Positions 8,617 through 17,700 of a stretch of DNA of 64,000 nt are shown here, piece after piece; positions within the stretch are counted from its first letter, which is position 1; the number at the start of each line of letters is the position of its first letter. The stretch lies in assembly GCA_048939765.1 (NCBI GenBank), contig JBHLPF010000018.1, forward strand, positions 1-64,000, written 5' to 3'. The translations under genes were made by a program, and so were the position numbers. The notes beneath the pieces were generated by a model that did no database searches, had not been told where the DNA came from, and saw nothing but the letters and a program-made list of their open reading frames with translations. This DNA is from Promethearchaeota archaeon (GTDB lineage: Archaea; Asgardarchaeota; Thorarchaeia; Thorarchaeales; Thorarchaeaceae).

Positions 8617-9891
8617 TCATTCAATGAAGTCTGTGACCAACGTTTGAGTTGTGAACTCCCTATAGAGCTTACTCACCTTGAGCCATCTCTCAATTGGATT
8701 CCTCAAATGTTTGCCAATCTCACCTATTGCTTCATGGAGAGAGGAGAACTTCTTGGCTTGGGATTGGAGAGCTCTTCTTGCGATTTCCCTGAAACGCCAG
8801 ACTCCTAGTGGGACCCATAACTGTGGGTCAATCTCCATAAAGACTATCACGCCTGCCTGTCTGCGAATCTTTCTGAGATGCTGAAGAGCAGGTAGTCGTG
8901 TTGCATAATACGCCCCAACCACTGAGCTGGCATAGTCCTTTCTTCCTCGAAACCATTCATTATCAGTGATGATTGGAGGGTTCAGGCCGCCAAGCCACGA
9001 CTCCATTGCCTCGAATTGCCACCCACTTGGCAGAAAGAGGAGCGCAACAGTGTTTCCAAGAGCATGATCGACAAAGACTAGATAGTCATTGATCCATGGC
9101 AGGCGAAGGACTTGCTTGTGGAGCGCTTTGCCAACGATATCATCAACGGCAGTAATACTCCATTTTGTGGGTACCAACCGACGATTTCTCTGTTCACCCA
9201 AGAGACCAACAGATAAGAGGCGAGTCATCTGTTGCTGGTGAACACCATCTTCAAACATCTCCATTACTCCGCCCACAGCCTTCAGGTCTGTGTCTGAGGT
9301 CACCTTGTCCACGGCTTTGGGTACCTTGGGATTGTCCTCAAGTACGAATAGCTGAAGCGGAGCAGATGGCCCAGTTGGGAGTGTTCGGTCTGAGAAAACA
9401 CTGGTAAAGCTAGGTCGTTTCAGAAGCGTGGCTTCTGAAGATGTGGGAGTTTCAGAAAGCGCAAGTGTTTGGGTCTCTGAGAGAATTCTTGGCGGATCAG
9501 CTGCCGCATTCACCTGAATTAGTTTCTTCGTTCTCACAAGATTGAAACGGAGAGAGAGAATCTCGTCAATAGTCTTGTCTAGCCACAAATCAGGACGCTC
9601 CATGATGGCTGCATCCGGCCCTGTAATTGGAGGGATGAGAGGGCCAGCTAGGACTTTCGGGTATCCCTGCTCGCCTACAAAAACGGATGGAGGCGATGAC
9701 CCGGCTAGATCCAAGCCAGTAACAGCACTCTCGATGCTACTCAAAGCCTTGGCGCGCATTAGAAGCGGGCATGGATTGATACCGCAAAGATGCCTGTGAC
9801 CCATACACCTGGAACAGACTCGCTCATCATATGACATCTGCTTGGCTCCACTAGGAACCTTTTCGAGACGCGTCTGCGCCAGCATCTTCAC
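8617..9891 (-). CDS. nreA: Nre family DNA repair protein with C-terminal PIP box
   Basis: CSRCMG..LCG..PCP, GSSPPSVFVGE.GYPKV..GP, RRLVPTKWSITAVDD, GAYYA.RL, PLGVW..RE and terminal QTLVTDF. True start may be 9837. Confidence 0.92.
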   Translation of the reverse strand: MKMLAQTRLEKVPSGAKQMSYDERVCSRCMGHRHLCGINPCPLLMRAKALSSIESAVTGLDLAGSSPPSVFVGEQGYPKVLAGPLIPPITGPDAAIMERPDLWLDKTIDEILSLRFNLVRTKKLIQVNAAADPPRILSETQTLALSETPTSSEATLLKRPSFTSVFSDRTLPTGPSAPLQLFVLEDNPKVPKAVDKVTSDTDLKAVGGVMEMFEDGVHQQQMTRLLSVGLLGEQRNRRLVPTKWSITAVDDIVGKALHKQVLRLPWINDYLVFVDHALGNTVALLFLPSGWQFEAMESWLGGLNPPIITDNEWFRGRKDYASSVVGAYYATRLPALQHLRKIRRQAGVIVFMEIDPQLWVPLGVWRFREIARRALQSQAKKFSSLHEAIGEIGKHLRNPIERWLKVSKLYREFTTQTLVTDFIE

Positions 9892-9941
9892 CTTCTACTA
9901 GACTCAAGATTAGTAGGGACTTTCTCTCATCCGTTATAGGA

Positions 9942-10310
9942 TTGAACACATTTAGACCTCTTGGAGAGGACACCGAAACTATATCACGTTCTCTCGTTAT
10001 CAACGAGCTAGATATGCCTACTAGACGAGAGAGAATCTCTGAGCTTTTGGAGCAAACGGACATTCCTCTTACAGCTCAAGACATTTGCAATGTGCTGGAC
10101 ATTAGGAATCGAGCAACTGTCTATGAAGACATTGAGCATATTGCCATATCAGTGAAAAACAAAGGCAAAGAACTGCTCATTCGCCCAGCTAGCTGCGGTA
10201 AGTGTGGATATACATTTGCCAAGCGCAAATCGGCCAAACGTCCTTCAAAATGCCCCAAGTGTCGCTCAGAATGGATTCTTCAGCCGGCGTATGTTATCAG
10301 AGAGAACTAG
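9942..10310 (+). CDS. HTH plus Zn-ribbon transcriptional regulator (COG3357-like)
   Basis: TRRERI..LL...LTA, VYEDIEHIA, P..C.KCGY.F...PSKCPKCRSEWI..P. Confidence 0.85.
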   Translation: MNTFRPLGEDTETISRSLVINELDMPTRRERISELLEQTDIPLTAQDICNVLDIRNRATVYEDIEHIAISVKNKGKELLIRPASCGKCGYTFAKRKSAKRPSKCPKCRSEWILQPAYVIREN

Positions 10311-10618
10311 TCCTGATCGAACTTGTGGATGCGCTTGACATCTGCGCCTTCCCTCTTGATGTCAGTCACTCTAGAAACAACAAAGTCTGACAATCCAAAC
10401 TCCGCCTCTTCAACATATCCGTGAATTATGACTGGCATCCCGACGCGAGGCAGAAACCGACACTTGTCCATTATCCCAGCTGAGAGGCGAACATCATACG
10501 TTTGTCCGGTTTCTTGATTCTGCACCACGATGGTTGTTGATCCGTACCATCTCCTTGCGCTAATGCGAGTTGTCTGGCTCCTGCCGACCTCGCGGATAAC
10601 GCCTCTTACAACTGTCAT
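10307..10618 (-). CDS. Hypothetical protein, probable OB-fold
   Basis: Beta-rich: VRGVI.EV...PRVGMPVIIHGYV. The ATG at 10618 lies just after the EndoQ stop. Confidence 0.55.
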   Translation of the reverse strand: MTVVRGVIREVGRSQTTRISARRWYGSTTIVVQNQETGQTYDVRLSAGIMDKCRFLPRVGMPVIIHGYVEEAEFGLSDFVVSRVTDIKREGADVKRIHKFDQD

Positions 10619-10620
10619 GA

Positions 10621-11892
10621 TCAAGAATCCTCCCAAGGAGCAACCAGTGTTCCATATCGTCCACCTCCGCCGGGGATGTAGCCTATCGATCCATCTCGAT
10701 ATGACCCAATCATCATTGAAAGCTTCTGATTGACCTCATACAGTTCTTCCAGGGCGGTTTCAGTGAGGATAGTTGTTTCTGGCCCAAATGATTCCCTTAA
10801 AGCGGAATACATGTCGCGCAGCTTCTTCGAAGCTTTAGACTTGATACCCATTGCAGATGTCATAAGGTCCAGAAGAGGCGGAATATGCAGGTATGGAGGG
10901 CGATGTGATGGGGAAATGCTCACTCCCTCGCCAATCATCATTGCACGATCTCTGACTCCTAGTCGAAGTGCACGACCATCTGAGGGACACTTGACCTTTC
11001 GCCGATGAATATCTCTCAACAGTCGGGAGCGATCCTCTGCATCAGAGCATGAGATGTAGATGTTCAGGTCATCAAATTCAGGTGGTTTGGATCCTTCTCT
11101 CAATATCAATGTGCGTCTACACTTCGAACAAAATGAGAGATAGTATTTTCCAAGTCGCGGATTGAACCCTACATTGAGAATTGGCTTCCTCCTATTGGAT
11201 CTGAGGATAGCTTGGCGAATCTCATTAAATGTTGGAGAGTTCATTGATAGTCTGACAAACTCCCTGCCTAGCTTGTCCGGAGAAGGAGAATGAGCATCGC
11301 TAGATGTGATGTAAGTGAGGTCTCTAAGTTCTGGTATGCAATCAGCAACCTCGGTGTCCGCTGATAAACCGAGCTCAATGAATCGCACATATGGGGTTTC
11401 CTCCTTGTAGCAGTCCTTTAGACTGTCATATCGACCTTCTCTGAAGATGGACCTATAGGGTGTGAATGCGTGGGCAGGGCCGATTAACCCCTCGCAGTCC
11501 CGGACGATACCAGCTATCTCATCTCCCTTCAAGTGGACTCTAGGACGACCGCCCCATTCATGATCCAAGTTAGGAGATGAGTGTTTGAAAAACCTGCGGA
11601 GATGATCAACAGCTTCAAAGTCACGAAGAAGCACAAGATGATGTATTGATTCTGCATCCTCAATTTCAACAGTGAGTATGAAGCTTATTGAATTGTGAAA
11701 AAGCCCATCATCATTTTCTTTGAGGTGGGTGCGTAAATGATGCAACCATTGCGGCTGGGTGGCATCGCCTGTACCAATCACATCCAGACCCTTTTCTTTT
11801 GCACCTTTTGCAAGCCTGGGGATTGTCATAGATTTACTGACACCGATTGAATGCAAAGAGTGTATGTGCAAATCGACATCGAATTGTTCCAT
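10621..11892 (-). CDS. endoQ: Endonuclease Q (TIGR00375 family; PHP domain plus Zn ribbon)
   Basis: DLHIHS, GTGD, GPAHAFTP, ELGLSADT, SDAHSP.P.KLGRE, LGKY..C..C, GV.DR, HRPPY and GGGG.YG motifs. Confidence 0.92.
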   Translation of the reverse strand: MEQFDVDLHIHSLHSIGVSKSMTIPRLAKGAKEKGLDVIGTGDATQPQWLHHLRTHLKENDDGLFHNSISFILTVEIEDAESIHHLVLLRDFEAVDHLRRFFKHSSPNLDHEWGGRPRVHLKGDEIAGIVRDCEGLIGPAHAFTPYRSIFREGRYDSLKDCYKEETPYVRFIELGLSADTEVADCIPELRDLTYITSSDAHSPSPDKLGREFVRLSMNSPTFNEIRQAILRSNRRKPILNVGFNPRLGKYYLSFCSKCRRTLILREGSKPPEFDDLNIYISCSDAEDRSRLLRDIHRRKVKCPSDGRALRLGVRDRAMMIGEGVSISPSHRPPYLHIPPLLDLMTSAMGIKSKASKKLRDMYSALRESFGPETTILTETALEELYEVNQKLSMMIGSYRDGSIGYIPGGGGRYGTLVAPWEDS

Positions 11893-11903
11893 TCACGAAC
11901 TCC

Positions 11904-12893
11904 TCATATGTTGATGACGACTTTCGTTGTGTTTGGCTCAGATGCAAACTCAAAAGCTTTTGGACCATCCTCCAGTTTGAATTCCCTGGTAACAAGTCGT
12001 TTGACCTCAATACGACCCTTGTTCAGCATATCCACTGCCTTCTTGAATGGACCTGAGAAGTTACCAAACATTGTAATCTCGTGTTGCACGAGTTCGGATG
12101 GATTGAAGCTGAGTTTCTCACCATGAATGCTCTTCAGTCCAATAATCCCTCCATCCCGAATGATATCTAAGGCCATTCTTATGCCTGCGGGATTACTTGT
12201 AGATTCAATTGCGATCCTGGGTCCGACATCTGTTGTCAAGTCGAGGACTCGCTGCTTCCAATCAGGATTGCTGGTGTTCACCGTATTTTGAATACCTAGT
12301 TGCCTCACAAGGCCGAGTCGCCATCGGTTTCGGTCAACTACAATGACGCTTGCTCCAAACGCATCATAAACCTGAGCCGTTAGAATGCCAGTCTTTCCAC
12401 ACCCTATGATAACGACTGGCTCATCATGTTCAGCGGGAGCTCTTTCGTAGGTTTCAATGGCTGATGCCAACGGCTCCACAAATATCCCTGAGGAAACATC
12501 AATGCCTTCAGGAAGTGGATGCACTAGTTCAGCTGGTACGCTGAGGAACTCAGCAAGCCCACCATCAGTGGTAATTCCCAGCAACTCCTTTTCCCTGCAA
12601 TGCGCAGGCTTGCCATGTCTGCAATACCAGCACATCCCGCACGGGACATCAACCTCCGTAGTCACTGCTGTGCCTTGTCTTAGGTCAGGCACTGAGCTTT
12701 CATGAATGACACCCGCTATTTCATGACCCAATACAAGGGGTAGATTAACTTCATAGTCTCCCTTCCAAATGGCGATGTCCGTCGAACATATACCAACACT
12801 GCGAACTTCAATTCGGACATTACCTGGCATTAAGGGGGGTCTGGGAGTATCAGCTAACTGAAGGCCATCTCGCGTGAGAACTAACGACTGCAT
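11904..12893 (-). CDS. Zinc-dependent medium-chain alcohol dehydrogenase
   Basis: GICSTD, LGHE, structural Zn site CGMCWYC......C and IIGCGKTG. Likely start is the ATG at 12893. Confidence 0.9.
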   Translation of the reverse strand: MQSLVLTRDGLQLADTPRPPLMPGNVRIEVRSVGICSTDIAIWKGDYEVNLPLVLGHEIAGVIHESSVPDLRQGTAVTTEVDVPCGMCWYCRHGKPAHCREKELLGITTDGGLAEFLSVPAELVHPLPEGIDVSSGIFVEPLASAIETYERAPAEHDEPVVIIGCGKTGILTAQVYDAFGASVIVVDRNRWRLGLVRQLGIQNTVNTSNPDWKQRVLDLTTDVGPRIAIESTSNPAGIRMALDIIRDGGIIGLKSIHGEKLSFNPSELVQHEITMFGNFSGPFKKAVDMLNKGRIEVKRLVTREFKLEDGPKAFEFASEPNTTKVVINI

Positions 12894-13149
12894 CTCTTCA
12901 GCCACTCCCTTTGCATGGACTTGCAGGCGCCTCAATAAACCCTTCGATAGACTCCACTAGGAAAGCAAAGCATCACAACATCAAAGAAAGCAAGAAGGCA
13001 GAATGCTCTGAATCTAACCTTCGTCAGGTGCAACACAATTCCTTTGTCAGAATGATAGCACATATTTCGACTCCTTCCAAGTTTTCAGAAAATCGATAGG
13101 TTATTCTATTGGGAAGCTTCCAAGCCGTGATTTGTAGGAGATACATCAC

Positions 13150-14208
13150 ATGCGAATCGGAATTGAATTCGTACCTGACAAACCCATTGAGAAGTTGGTC
13201 ACATGGACAAAGCTTGCAGAAGAAGCAGGATTTGATAATGTTTGGATCACGGATCACTATAACAACCGAAACGTCTGGTCTACGCTGACTGCCATTGCTC
13301 TCAATACAGAAAAGATCATGTTGGGGCCAGGTGTCACTAATCCATTTCACATTAGTCCCGCATTGACAGCCTCAGCAGCCGTTACAATCAATGAGCTAAG
13401 CAATGGTCGAGCTGTGATAGGTATTGGTGCAGGAGACAAGGTCACTCTGAGCGGTCTAGGGATTAAGTGGGACAAACCTGTATCGGCTGTTGTTGAGTCA
13501 ATCGAGTACATGCGAAAGCTCACAGAAGGCAGCAAATACAAGGCTGATGGTAAAGCCTTCAAAGTCAAGAGCGCGAAGCTGGCTATTGTCAAGAAGGAAC
13601 CAGTCCTTGATGCTGATGGCAATCCGAAGATGAAAGACGGAAAGCCCGTGAAACGGGGACCCAAGATTCCAATCTATGCTGGCGCACAGGGCCCAATGAT
13701 GTTGAAGAAGACAGCTGCAGTTGCAGATGGCATCCTCATCAACGCCAGTCACCCCAAAGATTTCGAAATTGCGATGGAGAAGATTAAGGAAGGCGTCGAG
13801 GATGCTGGTAGAGACCTCAAAGAGATTGATGTCACTGCCTATGCATCATTCAGTATTGGAGATACAAGAGAGGCTGCTCTGGAGGGTGATGCGAAAATTG
13901 TCGTCGCCTTTATCGTAGCTGGTTCGCCAGACGTTGTACTTGAACGACATGACTTGGATTTGGATGCATGCAACAAGGTAAGGGGACTCCTAGCGGAAGG
14001 GAACTTCAAGGATCTCCCTGGGGCTATCACTGACGAAATGATTGATGCCTTTGCTGTTGTCGGAAACAAGAACCAATGTATCAAACGGATTGAGGATCTA
14101 TCGAAGGTGGGTGTGACTCAGTTTGTAGTTGGTTCGCCGATTGGTCCAAAGAAGAAGGCTGGAATCAAGCAGATAGGTGAGGAAATCATTCCTCATTTCA
14201 AGAAATGA
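13150..14208 (+). CDS. mer: F420-dependent 5,10-methylene-H4MPT reductase
   Basis: WITDHYNNRN, GPGVTNP, GIGAGD, GAQGPMML, DGILINASHPKD, VAFIVAGSP and GSPIGP motifs. Confidence 0.93.
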   Translation: MRIGIEFVPDKPIEKLVTWTKLAEEAGFDNVWITDHYNNRNVWSTLTAIALNTEKIMLGPGVTNPFHISPALTASAAVTINELSNGRAVIGIGAGDKVTLSGLGIKWDKPVSAVVESIEYMRKLTEGSKYKADGKAFKVKSAKLAIVKKEPVLDADGNPKMKDGKPVKRGPKIPIYAGAQGPMMLKKTAAVADGILINASHPKDFEIAMEKIKEGVEDAGRDLKEIDVTAYASFSIGDTREAALEGDAKIVVAFIVAGSPDVVLERHDLDLDACNKVRGLLAEGNFKDLPGAITDEMIDAFAVVGNKNQCIKRIEDLSKVGVTQFVVGSPIGPKKKAGIKQIGEEIIPHFKK

Positions 14209-14238
14209 CCCAGCCAAGAAGATAACAAGTGCTATGCC

Positions 14239-15126
14239 ATGAGTTCAAGGAATCTATACACTAGACGGATGTCGAGGAGAGAGCTCGGCATCTGGCTAGA
14301 ATTGATAGGAGACGTATCTCCGTTAGATAATGAAATGGCTAAGAGATTCTCAAATCTCGAAGACAGTATGTTTTTTCTTTCTAGCATTGAAGAGGAGATA
14401 GTTGGCGGGACCGCGATATTCAGAGATAGAACTAGACTTGCTTTGGCTCTGGTCGCAGCAAATTACAAAGCGACTCTGAAGAAACCTGCTCAGCTCCAGC
14501 TCCTGAAATCCTCACTTCCATTTTTCAGAAGTGTCACGATTCATCACGTCGATGCCATTGTTGACAAATCTGAGCAGAAACCAAAATTGCCATTTCCAGC
14601 TGCTTTTGCATTGGAGAAGAGATTGCAGCCAATGCTTGAAAGCCTAGGATTTGGTCTAGAGGAGAGGATATTTCGTTATGACATCGAGGTGAGTGGAAGC
14701 CAATCAAAGGAATCCAGCAGGATAACATGGAAGACAACGAATGACCATGAAGCAGTTAGAGATCTCTTTTGGAGACAGAATAGGACTTCAGGAGTTGATA
14801 GCTCTCTTGTGACGCTTGGATGGCAGATGGCATCTGCAAAAGGCCTTCTGCAAACGCTGGAAGATGACACAGGAATAACAGCTGCTGTGGGGCTTGACAT
14901 TACGAATGATATAACATTGGTTTGGCCAATAATTGCAGATTTCAGGCTTATTGATATTGACACATTGGCGCATGCTATTCATGAAAGAGTCCTGCAAACT
15001 GAAGCACACAAGATCGCAGTTCCAATTCTAGGAACTGGACAGAAGGAGCTGATGGGCAGAATAGCAGATTTATTCAATGGAAAGGTATCAGCAAGTGAGT
15101 TATTGCTCCTAAGAAGACAACTGTAG
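14239..15126 (+). CDS. Hypothetical protein, possibly a degenerate tandem GNAT fold
   Basis: 'EEIVGG' strand and 'LESLGF' motif. Weak evidence. Confidence 0.45.
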   Translation: MSSRNLYTRRMSRRELGIWLELIGDVSPLDNEMAKRFSNLEDSMFFLSSIEEEIVGGTAIFRDRTRLALALVAANYKATLKKPAQLQLLKSSLPFFRSVTIHHVDAIVDKSEQKPKLPFPAAFALEKRLQPMLESLGFGLEERIFRYDIEVSGSQSKESSRITWKTTNDHEAVRDLFWRQNRTSGVDSSLVTLGWQMASAKGLLQTLEDDTGITAAVGLDITNDITLVWPIIADFRLIDIDTLAHAIHERVLQTEAHKIAVPILGTGQKELMGRIADLFNGKVSASELLLLRRQL

Positions 15127-15170
15127 CTGGCATCCGCACTCGGTGGGAAACGCTTTTCTGACTGTAGCTG

Positions 15171-16196
15171 ATGAGCGAGGCAGGTTCTCTCATGTCCACA
15201 CTCAAGCTCAAGAAGCATGCAGATGGTTTTATCCTAGACTACGGTCATGTCAGACTCGCACTGGATACTGGGATTAAGGGAGAAACCACTCTGCTAACTC
15301 ATGGACATACTGATCATCTCAAAGGTATTGAAAAAGCCCATAGAGTTGTGGCAACAAAAGCGACGGTAGACACACTAAGAGCTCGGGGGCATCAGGTAGT
15401 AGGACGAGTGGAATTACTTGAATATAACCAGCGGATAGGACAGCTTGGAGTTGTTGTGACTGCTCTCAATGCTGGACATGTCTTGGGTTCCTCAATGTAT
15501 CTTATGGAGTTCGACGAAGGATTATCCGTCCTTTTCACAGGAGACTACAATGTTGTGGACAGCATGGTCCATACGGCAGCGAAACCAGTGTCAGCAGATG
15601 TATTGATTACTGAGGCGACATACGGAACACCAGAATGGGTGTTTCCGTCCCGCAAGAGTATCTATGATGATATCTTGGCCACGGCAAGCGAATCAATAGA
15701 AAATGGGCGAATACCTGTATTCCTAGCTTATTCACTGGGGAAAGCCCAAGAGGCTATCGCACTTCTTCAATGGGGAGGATTCAATATTGTGACTGGAAAC
15801 CATAGAATCGAAGAGGTGTGCAAAGTCTATAACAAGCACGGGAGCGATTTGCGTCATACTTCATTAAGGCATAGAGATGCCAAAAACCTGCTTTCAGATG
15901 GTTGTGCGATCGTCAGTTCCTCCTTTCATCATACGCGACACAACATTCGAACTGTCTTGGGCAACAGTGCGGCAAATGACATTATCAATAGAATGGAGCA
16001 TTATTCGCTTTCGGGGTGGACTCTGGGTGATTCCACCAAGACTGGGTTCCCTCTAAGTGCTCACTCCGATTTCAAAGGCTTGATGAGCTTTGCAAAGAAG
16101 GTCAATCCAAGAGTAGTCTATTGTTACACAGGAAATGCATCACATTTCTCGGGACACCTAGTTGATGATGGACTCAATGCAGTCCCACTGGAATAG
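15171..16196 (+). CDS. Metallo-beta-lactamase/beta-CASP nuclease (COG1236-like)
   Basis: THGHTDH, AGHVLGS, FTGD, ITEATYG, YSLGKAQ and SAHSD motifs. Confidence 0.88.
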   Translation: MSEAGSLMSTLKLKKHADGFILDYGHVRLALDTGIKGETTLLTHGHTDHLKGIEKAHRVVATKATVDTLRARGHQVVGRVELLEYNQRIGQLGVVVTALNAGHVLGSSMYLMEFDEGLSVLFTGDYNVVDSMVHTAAKPVSADVLITEATYGTPEWVFPSRKSIYDDILATASESIENGRIPVFLAYSLGKAQEAIALLQWGGFNIVTGNHRIEEVCKVYNKHGSDLRHTSLRHRDAKNLLSDGCAIVSSSFHHTRHNIRTVLGNSAANDIINRMEHYSLSGWTLGDSTKTGFPLSAHSDFKGLMSFAKKVNPRVVYCYTGNASHFSGHLVDDGLNAVPLE

Positions 16197-16206
16197 GTGA
16201 AGGAAA

Positions 16207-16782
16207 ATGGAGAAATTCATGTCAGAGATGGTTGAACCAATTCATGCAGACTCCTTGTTTTCTGTTTCACACTCGGGAGAAATCCATGAACGTCTCTGCT
16301 ATGAGTACCTTGATCCGGAGGGGTATTATAGACGAGTCATACGTGATGATGACTTGCTCAGAGATGAGATTGTTAAGCTAGTTGACAACATGCAATGGTT
16401 TTTGGATAAGGAGAGAGTAGAGATTAACAAGCAGAAAGTGAGGTCTCAAGTCAGCTATGCTGATATCTTTATGAAAGGAAGCTCGGAAGTCGTGTCAGTT
16501 GTATACCTGATTGATTTCGCCACTCAATTCAAGCCGGACATTAATCGGATAGAAACATGGCTTGAAGAAGAGGAGGCTCCATACGACTTTGAGATTCTTT
16601 GGAGATTCCCCGTCGGCACTAAGATTATTGAGATAGATACGATGCTCCAGTACGAAATCTATGACGATGTTGTCACGCTTTGGGCATTCGAAGGCGAGCT
16701 AGTTGGAGGCTATGAGCGGATGGAATTCAAACTACCCTTTGAAAGACTTGACACAAGGACAAAAGCCGCTCAAGAGCAGTGA
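16207..16782 (+). CDS. Hypothetical acidic beta-rich protein
   Basis: 191-aa ORF in operon context with an SD-like AGGTGA. Confidence 0.75.
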   Translation: MEKFMSEMVEPIHADSLFSVSHSGEIHERLCYEYLDPEGYYRRVIRDDDLLRDEIVKLVDNMQWFLDKERVEINKQKVRSQVSYADIFMKGSSEVVSVVYLIDFATQFKPDINRIETWLEEEEAPYDFEILWRFPVGTKIIEIDTMLQYEIYDDVVTLWAFEGELVGGYERMEFKLPFERLDTRTKAAQEQ

Positions 16783-16809
16783 TTATATGAGATTGAGCCG
16801 GGGGTTCTT

Positions 16810-17058
16810 GTGATTCAAACATTCAATACGCTGCAACTGCTTGGCTTTCTAATCTTAGGACTAGGCATCCTCCTAGTCCTAGCTGGTTGTCTTACAAAGC
16901 AAAGGGAATCGCCTTCTGAAGACGTTCGTCGTGAGAGTAAAGGCGTGATACTCATTGGACCGATTCCCATTGTGTGGGGATTTGGAAAAAGAGGATGGCT
17001 TGTGGCGGGAGCAATTGGAGTCATCTTGATTCTAGTCTGGATAATCGGATTTCTCTAG
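16810..17058 (+). CDS. DUF131/TIGR00304 family membrane protein
   Basis: GVILIGPIPIVWG signature flanked by two TM helices. Confidence 0.85.
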   Translation: MIQTFNTLQLLGFLILGLGILLVLAGCLTKQRESPSEDVRRESKGVILIGPIPIVWGFGKRGWLVAGAIGVILILVWIIGFL

Positions 17059-17321
17059 CTGGTCCAGCCGCATTCTGGACAAACAGAGCCTGCAATTGTG
17101 CGAACAACCTTGCCATTGATGAGACATTCAGGGCAGATTTCAAGATGCCTTCCACAAGTTGGACATTCATTCTTGTGGTTGAGGTCTCGGATACATGTGA
17201 TTGTCCCGCATGACTGACACTTAATCGCGTGGTCGTGGCAAAATTCGTTCCTGCATCGGTCACATCGAATCTTTGACTTGGCACGGCATGCAGCACAGGA
17301 TTTTGCCATCTGATTCGTCAC
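17055..17321 (-). CDS. Small multi-zinc-finger protein
   Basis: Six CxxC pairs plus FCHDH in 88 aa. Confidence 0.75.
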   Translation of the reverse strand: MTNQMAKSCAACRAKSKIRCDRCRNEFCHDHAIKCQSCGTITCIRDLNHKNECPTCGRHLEICPECLINGKVVRTIAGSVCPECGWTS

Positions 17322-17443
17322 GCCCCTAAAATCAAGCGGGAATATGTGATAGATAAGTGTAGTCCCTTTCCCAGTATGCGTGTAATACGCATGGAGTACT
17401 AAGGCTCATAGACAGTTGACCCCACGAACTCTGGGAAACAACA

Positions 17444-17698
17444 ATGATTTTCCAATGTAGGAATTGCGGCAAGACTACTGATGACATTGACATTGTCCTT
17501 GATGGCGCTTGCACCTGCGGGTGTTCACATTTCAAAATGGCAACCGAAAGGCCCCTTGAACTTCCACCGGAATTGGCTCAGAAGGAAGCCATCAGAAGAG
17601 ACCTTCACTATTGGCTTGACTTGAACCTCGATACAATGGATCCAGAGTCAATTGATAATATCAGAGTACGGTTTGAGATAGATAGGCCCAAGAAATAG
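17444..17698 (+). CDS. Zn-ribbon protein (OapC/DUF2072-like N-terminus)
   Basis: QCRNCG....I.L.G.C.CG..HF. Confidence 0.55.
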   Translation: MIFQCRNCGKTTDDIDIVLDGACTCGCSHFKMATERPLELPPELAQKEAIRRDLHYWLDLNLDTMDPESIDNIRVRFEIDRPKK

Positions 17699-17700
17699 AT

